The notes under the pieces are model-generated. The model was not told where the DNA came from. It searched no databases and saw only the letters and a program-made list of their open reading frames with translations. Both the position numbers and the translations under genes were made by a program. From assembly GCA_918797485.1 (NCBI GenBank), contig CAKKNE010000004.1, positions 682,001 through 746,000 of the forward strand: a DNA stretch of 64,000 bases. The letters are read 5' to 3'. Source of the DNA: Pelagomonas calceolata (taxonomy: Eukaryota). Shown piece by piece: positions 23,918 to 34,600 of this stretch. Position 1 is the stretch's first letter; each line of letters opens with the position of its first letter.

Positions 23918-24934
23918 CGTCGTTCGTCGCGTGCGTCGCGGAGGCGCTGGCCTGAGGGGCTGCTGCTGCCCCTCCAGATGTGCTTCTGCTACCTCCAAAG
24001 CGCCGCAGGCACTTCGTAGCGTCGCTCGGAGTCCTTTGCTCGTTCGCGCTGAGCGCGGGGCTCCCGTCGGCGAAGCGCTGAGCAAAAGGCACAAAAGGCC
24101 ACCGCCCCTAGTGTGCCACATGCCGCTAGCGGTTTTTTTTATTATTTTTTTTTTGCGTTTCTTTTTTTTTGTTGTGGGCTCCGCGGACACGCCGTCCGAG
24201 CCGCTCGGACTCGATTGAGTCGCCATCTGGCCGCTGCTTGACCCTATGCAGCCGCTGCGTATGTTAGAGCTACGCTGCGCGACGCAAACAAGGGCTGCCC
24301 AAGGGCTGCCTGTTTTTGGCCATGGGCGCGACAAACCTACTAAGATTCAAGTTGAACTTCAACAAGAGAAACGTTTCCTGATGTGATTTCCTCGGCGTTC
24401 TCGTGTTCCTTCGCCTGTACGCTTGCGGAAGTTGTTGCGGGACGGCCGCCTCGTCAGTGGCCGCGCTGGTGGAGAAGACATCGGCGCGGTCGTCCTCGAG
24501 CGCTTGACGGAGAAGACGGACGATCCGTCGGCCAAGCCGCCGGTCGTCGTCGACAATGGCACCAGGCGCTCATGCTTAACGAGTCTGACGACGACACACT
24601 ATGAGGCCGTCCTCTGCTAAAAGCGGCGATGCCGGCCCGCGAGTCCGACCGCAGCGGCTTCGTCGCGCCGCTCGTCGACGGCGCGGCGCCTGTCCCGTTC
24701 CACGACTCCGTCTGAGGAAATTTACTGAGGGACACACTGGGCGCGCCCGGCGCGCATTATGAAAGAAGCGGCCCGCGCCCGCCGCCGATGAATCGGCGAC
24801 GCGCGGTGTCTCCCCCCAAGGGGCTCCGCCCACTAGTTCTAGCACCGTAACAATTACATTCGGAGGGGTAAGGGGGACCCCGCAACGTATCTAGCCTGAT
24901 TCGGAGCCCGTAATATTTGTACACCTAATACGGC

Positions 24935-25057
24935 CTAGAATGGCGCGCCGAAGTCGGACGCGGCAGCCCGAGCTTCCACCCACGCGGCCATGGTCTTCGC
25001 GCCGAAGCCCGTGGCGCACGACGCCTTGCCGTCCCAGACCGGGCCCGCGATGTCGAC
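24935..25057 (-). pseudogene. Orphan 3' exon of an M17 leucyl aminopeptidase
   Basis: Translates VDIAGPVWDGKASCATGFGAKTMAAWVEARAAASDFGAPF*, matching the M17 C-terminal (H)xDIAGP...ATGFG motif; no upstream exons in the window. Confidence 0.75.
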
Positions 25058-25193
25058 CCATTATGGAAATAAAAATTTCACGGCGCCTTCGTGCTGAATC
25101 GCCGCGTCGACCTTCACGCCATCGACGCAACGCCGGCTCGATGGCGCGGCCGTGAGGGTCGCGCACCCGACTCACGGGTTGATATACGCGCAG
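25058..25193. mobile_element. Internally deleted, chimeric introner
   Basis: Aligns to the reverse complement of 19519-19721 (GGAAATAAAAATTTCACGGCGCCTTCGTGCTGAATCG...CACCCGACTCACGGGTTGATATACGCGCAG); flanks belong to different genes. Confidence 0.85.
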
Positions 25194-25546
25194 GTCGCCG
25201 CAGACCACGTGACGGGCGACGGCAAGTACACGGACAAGCTTCAGTTCATGTTCGAGAATGCGGACGGCGGCGACGACTGCGAGGTCTCGGGCTGCTCCGT
25301 GTCGCAGGTGGCCCGCGGCGTCCATGAAGATTGCGCCCCGGCTTTGGTCACGCGTCCGCGCAGGTCACGTCCGTGATCGATAGAAGCACGAACTACTGCA
25401 ACCTCTACAATTTGTACTGCGGCGGGAACGTCGGCTGTCAAGTAGCGCAGACCGATCTTACCGCAATCCCCCTCGACAAGAAGACGTCGCTGGGCGCGGG
25501 GAAGAACAAGTTCAAGTGCCGCAGCGGAAAGAAGCGTGAGCTGTAG
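25194..25546 (+). pseudogene. 5'-truncated duplicate of the 16179-16779 gene, with an extra intron at 25308-25363
   Basis: Same peptide VAADHVTGDGKY...KKREL*; first exon missing; GTGGCC...CGCGCAG insert absent from copy 1. Confidence 0.7.
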
Positions 25547-25566
25547 TAGTTTTGTGTAATTTAAAC

Positions 25567-26267
25567 TTAGTAGAGCGCCGCGACGCCCGTCGGCGTCCGG
25601 TCCTCGACGGTCTGGACGCCGGACGGGTTCAGCCTGCAGATCGCGAGGTTGAGGATGGTGGCGTAGGAGAGCCACGCCGCGTAGGGAATGAGGAGCCGGG
25701 CGTCCTTCTTGAAGGCCGACCAGACGGCCGCGAGCGATCCTAATAACGCAAACTGCAGGGCGGCCGCGAGCTTGAGCTTCTTGAGCCCGAAGAACAGCGG
25801 CGCCCACGCCAGGTTGGCGATGTAATGCGCGACGGCCAGCCCGGGCAGCGCGCTATTGACCGCGGCCCGGTATCCCGTGAGGCCGATGAGGCCGTAGAGC
25901 ACGGTCCAGACCGGCATAAATACTTTGTTCGGCGGCGTCCAGGACGGGAGTTTGAGCACCGTGGGGTCGGAGTACCAGCTATTAGTAGCTTTCACGACCT
26001 GTGTGGAAATCAAACATTGAGTTAGGTTGCCTCGAGCTGCCGCAGTTACGGGGACAACGTCGCGTTGCTGGCGTGGGGGGTGCCCGAAATGATTTCCACA
26101 CGGTTCACGACGAACGGCGTCCCGGCGGCGCCTCCTAAAATAGAACCGGCGACCCAGACGGGCGCCGGCGCCACGGCCGCGACGGCCGCGGCCCTTGGAG
26201 CGCGCCGCGGCACCGGCGCCTGCAATGCGCTCGCCGCCGTCGCGAGGATGACAGCTTTGTACATCAT
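25567..26267 (-). CDS. TSPO: TspO/MBR translocator family protein with targeting presequence (exons 26267-26112, 25998-25567)
   Basis: MMYKAVILATAASALQ leader; TspO motifs PSWTPP..F.PVW..LY, NLAWAPLFFG, LLIPYAAW. Confidence 0.85.
25999..26111 (-). mobile_element. Introner-derived intron (113 nt) with perfect 8-bp TSD
   Basis: + strand TTCACGAC | CTGTGTGGAAATCAA...ATGATTTCCACACGG | TTCACGAC; absent from the TspO paralog. Confidence 0.92.
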
Positions 26268-26591
26268 GCTCTCCGGTTTGTTGCTTGCGAAACCAAGCGC
26301 TGTGAATTGCACAAGTTGCTGTGTGGCTGCAGGAATGTGATCTTGACAGATTGTCCAAGTTATCACAACTGCAAATCCAATTGTAGAGCAAATCCACAAC
26401 CTGTTTAGCCAAATTTGCCTGCCAGCTAAGCGCTAACGTGCCTAACGTGCGGGTTCGGAAGCCACGCGTCCGGAAGCCCAACGACACCTCTCAGAGCAGC
26501 AGAGTAACGACGGAACGAGGAAACCGCGAACAAACGACGACCGGCCGTCGCGGTCGAGACGCGCGACGCGACTACGAAGTACAAGGAGAAA

Positions 26592-27398
26592 CTACTCCAC
26601 CCCCAGCCGCGCGTCCCGCCGCCAGGACCCCGGCCCGGTAACGCCGGGCGCCGCGTCCCAGGCCCAGTACATGTGGCGCAACCGCCAGCCCCAGTTTTCG
26701 CGGCGCTCGACGCGCAGCGTCCCGCTCCCGCCGGGCGACAGTTGCAGCCCGTTCAGCACGAGTGACGCCGGCGCCGCGCGCGTCCACGCGTGCCGCGCGA
26801 ACCGGTGACGTTCCTGGAAGAGCGCGTCGCCGCCGTGTCTCAAACCGCGCCCCTCGAACGCGAGCGCGTGCCCCCGAAACCCCATGTAGTCCATGCAGAG
26901 CCAGGGCCACCTTTCTAATTCCTGGGCCGTGATCTCGTCTCGCGTCGCGTCTTTGACGGAGCCGTCGTAAGATTCGCGCCAATTCAGTCTCCGACACGTC
27001 TCGTGCGGCGCGAGGTCGTGGGTTCTCGGTTCTGATAATGAGACGCGCACGAAGGACGCTTGCGTTTCTGACGAGGATTGGAGCGCGCGGTCGGCTACGG
27101 TGAGCTCGCCGCTCGCCGCGAAGACGCCCCAGAGGGGTTTTCGGCGCCCTGCGAAGCCGGGCTTATCGGTCCACAGCTTATCACATAAGACCCGCCAGTG
27201 CCCGTCGATGGCGATCCTTTGAAGGTGCCGCTTCGACAGCAATCGAATCAGGCGCAGCTCCTCGGCGCCCGCGAATTTAGTTATGTGTTCCCTCTCGACG
27301 CCGGGCGGCAGGAGGGCCAGCGGCGATTTTGTGCGGCGGGGAGACCAGTGGCAGCCGCTCGTCTGCGTTGTGGTCGGTGGCGGCTGTGGGTGCTCCAT
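26592..27398 (-). CDS. Hypothetical protein with F-box-like N-terminal motif
   Basis: LALLPPGVEREHITKFAGAEELRLIRLLSKR..WRVLC resembles an F-box; start uncertain. Confidence 0.5.
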   Translation of the reverse strand: MEHPQPPPTTTQTSGCHWSPRRTKSPLALLPPGVEREHITKFAGAEELRLIRLLSKRHLQRIAIDGHWRVLCDKLWTDKPGFAGRRKPLWGVFAASGELTVADRALQSSSETQASFVRVSLSEPRTHDLAPHETCRRLNWRESYDGSVKDATRDEITAQELERWPWLCMDYMGFRGHALAFEGRGLRHGGDALFQERHRFARHAWTRAAPASLVLNGLQLSPGGSGTLRVERRENWGWRLRHMYWAWDAAPGVTGPGSWRRDARLGVE

Positions 27399-27952
27399 TG
27401 ATGCCCTCAGGTGTGATGTATCGCTGCCCCAAGCGCGTCGCGAGCTAGGAGCGATGTGGAGTGTCAGGGGGCTGCCCCGCGCGCGTCGGCGCCAGACGTG
27501 GGCCTCCCCGGGGGTCCGGGGCGGCGCGAGAGCACAAGAGACTGTCAAGCCGCTGCGGAGATGAGAGCAAAATCGGTGCCGTCCGCGAGGCGCGCGGAGG
27601 GCGCCCCGGACGCGTAGATACCGGTCCCGAGAGGTCCCGCCGCCTCCTTCGCTCGACGACCCCCGGACGGCGATGCGCGGCGCGGTGTCTCCCCGGCGTC
27701 CCATGTATCCCGTTGTCGCGTCTGATCTCGCGTCGATGGCGTCCACCTCGGCGCGATGAGAGTGTGTGTCGGGTCGCGGCGATGGCGCATGTGTGGCACC
27801 AGACGCCATCGACGCGAGAGTACGCCGTCACCGCGACCCGCACGCAGGCTACCTCTAGGCTACCTCGGCGCGGACGTCTGCGCCGACGGCCGCACACTCG
27901 CCCTAGCACCGTAACAGATAACGACCGACACAACACACAACCCTTACACGCA

Positions 27953-28750
27953 CTACCGCGCGCGGGCCTCGGGCGAGTCCGGCGCCGCGGGGCACGTCGG
28001 CGCCAAGACTGGGCCTTTTTTCGGAGAGTCCGAAGGAAACTGCCTGCCTAACCTTGCGCGAGGACGCCAGCCCGGATGGATCTTGTGCTCCTCCTCCGGT
28101 TTTTTGGGAGTGGCTAGCGAGCCGTAGGCCATCATCGCCATCCGCACGGTCTTCGGTGACAAAGCACCAGCGCCGGTCGAGACCAAATGCGGCTGGGGCG
28201 GGACATCATCATCAGTACCGACGGCCCGAGCCGTCACTACTAAAGAAGACGCCTCGCGGACCCCCGCGTCGTGGCAGGTCAACCAATCATCTAACGCGAC
28301 GCCGTCGAGCATCACGACGTACTTCGCCAGTTTCTTCGTCATCAGCGCCGGCTTTCGTTGTGATATTAAGACCTTGACGCGGCCGACCTGGTCCAGGGGT
28401 GACAGCTTCAGCGTCATCATCGCGCCCGAGGGCACCGCGACGGCGAATCGGATGTGTGACGCTCGCAGTCTTCGCGCTCTTCTGACATTTGCTGCGTATA
28501 CTACTTTCGCCCACTTGCGAAACGTCTGGCACCTCACCCACAGCCCTTCGACCTTCCTCCCTAGAGCGATTCTATCTTGACCACCCGAGACGTCCCACAC
28601 GAGTAGAGTTTCGGTGAGGGTGCTTCGGAAATGTCGAGGTTTGAGGAAGGCGGGATTCCGCAGCTTCATGCCCGGCGGCAGGATGACACCAGGGGCGACG
28701 GCGTGGCCGCCGCCCTCCAAGAGACGGGGGAAGTGGAGCTCTAGTGGCAT
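27953..28750 (-). CDS. Hypothetical protein with ubiquitin-like fold segment
   Basis: TLKLSPLDQVGRVKVLI...LDGVALDDWLTCHDAGVREASSLVV resembles a Ubl domain. Confidence 0.55.
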   Translation of the reverse strand: MPLELHFPRLLEGGGHAVAPGVILPPGMKLRNPAFLKPRHFRSTLTETLLVWDVSGGQDRIALGRKVEGLWVRCQTFRKWAKVVYAANVRRARRLRASHIRFAVAVPSGAMMTLKLSPLDQVGRVKVLISQRKPALMTKKLAKYVVMLDGVALDDWLTCHDAGVREASSLVVTARAVGTDDDVPPQPHLVSTGAGALSPKTVRMAMMAYGSLATPKKPEEEHKIHPGWRPRARLGRQFPSDSPKKGPVLAPTCPAAPDSPEARAR

Positions 28751-29220
28751 TTTTGGTGCCTTGGCGGTGCCGCCCCGCGGCGGGTCGCGTCGGTAGGCGT
28801 GTGAGGAGGCACTCCAAGCTGCCTCCTGTGGTCGCTGCGGCTTTGGAGTTCCCGAACACCGCGGTGCGCGCGCGTCGGCGGCGTGGGGAGGCGGTGTTGC
28901 CCGTACCGCGGTGCGTGCGCGGCTGCCCCCTGCCTATGGGACTGCAAAAGCTGCCCAGCGCCACACAGCCTGCTCGCGCTGGGGTCTGCTAGCTTCCGGC
29001 GATGCGTCCGAACCGACGGCTGCCGCTCCGAGCGATTTCGCAAGCTAGCGTACTCCGGCTCTAGAGTTTCCAAGCTCGCCTCGCGTCAAATAGGCGGCGG
29101 GAGTGCGGCCAGGTGCCTCCCTTGCAAGCTACAGAAGCTACAGAGAGGCGCGCCGCCCAGTTGCGTTGACCTCGTGCGTGAGCACGCCTGCAGCGGAGCC
29201 GAGCCCAGCTTAAAAAAGCC

Positions 29221-30327
29221 ATGGCTGCTCTTCTCCGCCGCGCGCCGCGCCTGGCCCGCCGCGCCCGGACCTTCGCGAGCGACGCTTATCTGGGAGGCGA
29301 CCTAGAAACGAGCACCTTGCCGAATGGGGTCGTAGTTACGACCACGGCACCGGGCGCGCCTCTTACTTGTGTAGGTGTGGGCGTAGGACGCGGCGCCAGT
29401 CACGGGCCGCGGTCCGCCGCGTTGGCCGCCTCCTTAAACAGCTTCAAGACGGCGAACGGCCGCACGGACCTGCGGATCCAGCGCGACCTCGAAGTCGCGG
29501 GATCCATGCCCTTTTCACAGTTCGATGCGCACCAAACCACCACAGTCTGCACGCAGCACGTCGTGACGCGCGAGGCGCCCTGCGTCGCGGACGCCTTCCA
29601 GGCGGCGGCGCTGGCCGCGGGCGTCGGCCGCGACGCGCTGACGGCGTGGGAGTTCGAAGAGACCAAGGCCTCGCCCTTCGCGTTGAACGCCCTGGCGCGC
29701 CACGCGTCTCTCGAAGAACAGGTCGCGTCCGCCGCCTACGGCAAGGCCTACTCTCCATTAGGTTCGGCCGAGGACCTCGCCGCGTTATCGTCGGCTGACG
29801 TCGACGCGTGGCTGCAAGAAGCCATGAGTAGTGCGCCGATCACGGCTATTGGATTAGGTATGGAGCACGCGGTCATGGTGTCCCTGGCCCAATCTGTGCT
29901 AGGTGAGTTGGCGGAGCGGCAACCGTCGGCGGAGAAGTTTCCGGCGTTCCAACCGGGCGGCGTCGTCGCTATCAGTGGAGATGCCGGCTGCGCCATTGGG
30001 GTGCCGGCGCCAGCCGACGAGGCCATGGCGCTTACTGTAGCAAGCGCGGTCGGCGGGTCCCTGTCGCAAGGGTTAGTTGTAGTGACAGGTGAGGACAAGG
30101 AGGCGTGTACGGCGCAGCTGAACGCCATCGGGGACGTGGCCCTGGCCAAAGTGTCTGCGGCCTCCGACCTACTGGACCTGGCGCCCGAGGCCTTGGCCGC
30201 GCTCATCGCGCGAGGCCAGGACCCCGCTGCTCTCTATGACGCGATCCTCGCTCTCGATGACGCCGCGATCAGCGCCGCGCACGCGTCGGCCACCTCAAAC
30301 GCGCCGGTGGCGGTCATCGCCGCTTAA
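29221..30327 (+). CDS. M16-family protein (complex III core subunit 2 / MPP-alpha-like), mitochondrial
   Basis: Arg-rich transit peptide; ETSTLPNGVVV start; RTDLRIQRDLEVAG; WEFEE; no HxxEH. Confidence 0.7.
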   Translation: MAALLRRAPRLARRARTFASDAYLGGDLETSTLPNGVVVTTTAPGAPLTCVGVGVGRGASHGPRSAALAASLNSFKTANGRTDLRIQRDLEVAGSMPFSQFDAHQTTTVCTQHVVTREAPCVADAFQAAALAAGVGRDALTAWEFEETKASPFALNALARHASLEEQVASAAYGKAYSPLGSAEDLAALSSADVDAWLQEAMSSAPITAIGLGMEHAVMVSLAQSVLGELAERQPSAEKFPAFQPGGVVAISGDAGCAIGVPAPADEAMALTVASAVGGSLSQGLVVVTGEDKEACTAQLNAIGDVALAKVSAASDLLDLAPEALAALIARGQDPAALYDAILALDDAAISAAHASATSNAPVAVIAA

Positions 30328-30365
30328 AACAACCCTCTCCCACCAGTTAATATATTTATACAAAA

Positions 30366-31253
30366 TTAGTCGTGGTGCGGCTTCTCGCCGATTCGCCACG
30401 CCGGCCAGATCTGATCAAAGACCGCCTCCAGCACGTGCTCCGCCGGCGGATCGAGCAGAGGCATCAGCGGGATCAATCCCAGACCCACAGCCGACGGGCC
30501 CCATTTCACCACTCGAGGCATTTTACTGAATGCCTCCCGCGCAAACAGGTCATGCGCTTGATGGACCGCGGAATGAATAATCACGGCAGGCATGGCCAGC
30601 GACACCAGGCCGTGAAAGACAAGTTTGTAGGTTCCCGTCGCCAATAGAACCTCCGTCGAATGCCCCGCGTCCATTTTTCGTTTCACGTCACTCCCGGCAT
30701 CGTAGAGCACATATCCAACAGCAATACCATACGTCGCGTTGACCATCCAGGGCCGCAGCACGGGACGCATGGATTCGCCCACATCCGAAGAATAGGCCAC
30801 GTAGCGCGCCGCGTCGCCGACGGCCGCCTTGGCCGCGGCGCCTTTCGCGCCAGCGGCGGCGGCCGTCGCTTTGGCCGCGCGCGCGGCGGCGCCGCCGCGC
30901 GCCGCGGCGCCTCGCGCAAAAGCGCCGGCCGCGCCCTTGGCCGCTCTAGCGCCTCTAGCTGCTGTTGCTGCGCCGCGGCCGCCGGCGGCCGCGCCTTTGG
31001 CGGCGCCTGTTGCGAGGGCGGTCTTCGCCCTTAACATGACCAGCTTTAATCGCGCCAAGGCCGCCGAGTAGCCAAGGTAGCGCTCCACGCCCTCCTCTCT
31101 TTCCTCTTCTTCGTCCTCCTTTTTTGGCGGCTCTTGCTCGTCGGGCGCGCAGCGCGCGACGGCCGAGCGGCCGCCGGTCTGTGCATACTCCAGGGAGCCA
31201 CCTAGGAGTACGCAGCTGGTCGCGAGGCGGCGGCCGGCGTTGGCGGCGTACAT
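30366..31253 (-). CDS. MTFP1: Mitochondrial fission process protein 1 (MTP18) family
   Basis: RYVAYSSDVGESMRP, YGIAVGYVLYD, FHGLVSLAMPAVIIH, GLGLIPLMPLLDPP motifs. Confidence 0.85.
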   Translation of the reverse strand: MYAANAGRRLATSCVLLGGSLEYAQTGGRSAVARCAPDEQEPPKKEDEEEEREEGVERYLGYSAALARLKLVMLRAKTALATGAAKGAAAGGRGAATAARGARAAKGAAGAFARGAAARGGAAARAAKATAAAAGAKGAAAKAAVGDAARYVAYSSDVGESMRPVLRPWMVNATYGIAVGYVLYDAGSDVKRKMDAGHSTEVLLATGTYKLVFHGLVSLAMPAVIIHSAVHQAHDLFAREAFSKMPRVVKWGPSAVGLGLIPLMPLLDPPAEHVLEAVFDQIWPAWRIGEKPHHD

Positions 31254-31641
31254 CGTATTGCCTTGTTGCAGAGGGCTTAAAGTTGGAGCTGCTCCCTGGC
31301 GCGGCTCGCGGGCCCGGATCGATGCTGGATTCGACGTATGTGGGTCCGAAAACGAACGTCCGTGTGGCACTTGGTTTTTTGCGCTCAAAATCCGCCTCGC
31401 AAACCGCTCCCACTAATCATCGTGGGCTAGCGGCATGTAAGACACTAGCAAGCAGCGGACTTGGGGCTGCCGTAAAGGGGCGCTACGCCGCCTGCTGGCC
31501 ATCACACGGCGCCACCGCTCGCGGGGAGTCCCGTCCGGCCCCGGCCGACGCAGCCCGAGCGGCCGCGGGCTGCCTCGTACCGCGGGCCACATCGGACTTG
31601 GAGAGGCTGCCCCCACGCCGTCGCGGGGCAGGCCGCCGACG

Positions 31642-34600
31642 ATGCGCTATCTGATCCTCCTCGCTTTGGCAAGGGCCCAGTGCCCCGACCGCTGCAACCA
31701 GAAGGGCCTCTGCGGCAAGGACGGTCTGTGCGAATGCTTCACGGGCTATACCGGACTCGCGTGCCAGCACCGGTCCTGCGTCTCCTCCACGGCGTGGTCC
31801 GACGTGCCCAGCGCCACGGATCAAGCCCATGCCCCCCTCGAATGCTCGAACCGAGGCTACTGTAATCGACAAACAGGGTACTGTGTGTGCGACCCTTTGT
31901 TCGAAGGGTTTGCCTGCGAGAAGTTCAGGTGTCCCACGTCTGGTGCGGACCGCTGGGCCTTCGACGAGTTCGGCGAGAAGACGGAGTGTTCGGGCCATGG
32001 GCTCTGTACTTCTATGAGAGAGGCTGCCAGGTCATTTGATGGCTATCAACTCAACCGATCAGCACATCGTTCCGGTGATTATGGCGTACCTTATGATCTG
32101 TGGGACGCGGACCACATACGGGGGTGCATCTGCGACCCGGGCTACGAGGGCTATGCCTGCGATCTGGTGACCTGCGACAAGGGCGACGATAGACGGACGG
32201 TCGGTGGGACCGACGAAGTTGCTCATTTATATTGTCGATGCGCTTCTCCTTGCAATGGGACACTTACGATGTTCTTGGGTGGTGAAGAAACATACCCTTT
32301 GTTGAAACCTACAGATACCGCTACAGAGTTGCAAACTCGATTAGGCTTACTCAGAGCTTTATATGGTAACGGGTATGTTCAGTTCCCGGAACCGATCCAA
32401 GCTAGATCTATACCTGCGGGACCGCTCTGTTCGCCCACGGGTACTCTTACATCGATAACGTTTCTCAGGGATAGCGGAGATATACCACCTTTATGGGTCG
32501 ACGCGGCCGAACTCGAATCGCCCTCGAAGGAGGTCTACATGGAGACGAACCAGACTTTAAGTTGTTCCGGTGCGAATGGTGGTTCGTTCGTGTTAGTTTA
32601 TGATGGTAGAACTACCCATAAACTAGATCATGACGCGACAGCTTCAGAGGTGCAGCACGCGCTCCACTCGTTACCGACACTCAATGAAGGCGATGTGAGA
32701 GTGGAGACATTACATTCGGCCGGCTCAGGGTTATGTGGAGGCGACTCACTCGTAATAGCCTTCACGACGCCTCTGGGCAACCAACCGCCCCTCGAGATCA
32801 TTTCTTCGTTGCTCAAGAACGGCGCACCGGGCGGATCAATCAACATCCAACACACGACGGGCACGCGGGAGCGCCTCGAATGCAACGGCGCGGGCTTCTG
32901 CGACAAGGCGGGCAACATCACGATCAACTTCGAAGATACAGTGCTGACTCAGCGTCTGTTGAAGCTAGTTCAACTTGATTCCTCGCGTCGATGGCGTCTG
33001 AGAGTGGCGTCGAGCCCTCCACGCCATCGACGCGACGCGTTCCTTGCTTCTCGCCGCGCGAGAGTCGTCTCGCGACCGCGTCGGTCCTGCGCAGGCACCA
33101 GCCCCGACGAACGGCACCTGCGCCTGCGACGAGGGCTTCGAGTGGGACCCGGACTATGGGTCCTGTGGCCGGCCCCAGTTCAACACGTCCGCGTGGACGG
33201 GGCTCCAGCGCTGTCCTGGTTATGTCACAAAAGATACGGCTTTGGATCCCGTAGATGTCCTGAATTTGCGCTATGTGTATATCGCGGACGCTTCTAACTC
33301 AACAGCGGATGTGATCCTAGCAGCTAAAAGAAAGGCTGGGGCCAATATCTCCTCATTAAGTGTTCCTGGCGGGATGTACACGAACGGGCCCTTGGAGCCG
33401 CCGGAGGAATGCGGCGACTGCCCGCAGCAAAGGCATCTGTGGAACCTTACGAACTCTACGGCCGGTGGCGTCGCGTTAGATCTGCAGTGGCGGGAGATCT
33501 ATTATGTTGACAGAGAGATCAAAGGGTTACGCGTGGCCCAGTTGAAGAACACGACGGCACAGCACGAAGCGGGCCTCTGGATCGACTACAAAGAAAAAGT
33601 GAACCAGTCTCGCGTGTTTTATGATTCCGACTCGATACTGTTATATAACCGCTCAAGAACGATCGAAGGGATAGCTCTCAACTTAATCCCAGGAGAACGT
33701 GGTTTATACTATGCGGATCCTAAAGGCGACGCACCAGGAGAGATTCATTACATCGACCTAGAACCGAGTATAGCCCACAACGGGCCGCGATTGGTTCATA
33801 AGACGCAAGAAACGAACCTAACGCGGACCATCACCCAGCAAGGTGTTAAGTTGATAAACCCCCACTCCGTCGCGCTGGATCTCGTGAATCGCAAGCTCTA
33901 CTGGACCGACGCTGGCCAGAGAAACTATTCCGATGCCGATGGGAAAGTCTGGCGATCAAACCTAGACGGCACGGACGCCGTCTGCGTCCTAGACCGAAAC
34001 TTGTGGGACCCCACGGGTCTCGTGTTGGATTTGCGGAACTACAGCATGATAGTGCTGGATGAGAAGCTCCACGACCACGGCGCTGACTCAGCGTCTGTTT
34101 CCGCACGTTTCCGAACTTCAATATCATGAAGATGGCGTCTCCATGAGACCACAGCGCCGCGACGCCGTCGACGTGGCCGTCGGAGAGTCTACGCGTCTCG
34201 TGAACGGACGGAGACGGGTTCGCGACGCTGTCGTTCGACGCAGGCGCGGTCATAAAAGCGAACATGGGCTATGAAGCCGAGATCCGAGCGAAGGCGGAAA
34301 TGAATGGCATCAAGCGGAACATCTACGACTGGTACCGGAATCAGACGTGGCTCCAAGAGATCGCTTCCACCTATGACGCGTCGAGTCACGGTGGCGACAA
34401 GTATGAGAAGGTGAAGCGGCCCTACGGCATCGTCCACGACGTCGTGAACGACATGATCTTCTGGACCGACGCGGGCACGGGCCACGTCGTGCGGAGCGAC
34501 GTGCACGGCATGCACGGCGCTGAGACCCCAAAAGCTTACATGCAGCAGGGCGTGCCCCTGGGGATTGCTCTCGATAATGGGTTGGGCCCGGCACCTAGGA

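Noticed and set aside
24383..24720. Fragmentary + strand ORFs
   Set aside because: Interrupted by stops with no recognisable domain; not called.
24811..24895. Possible Helitron 3' end (GC hairpin plus CTAG)
   Set aside because: The hairpin is weak, no matching 5' end was found and there is no Rep/helicase ORF.
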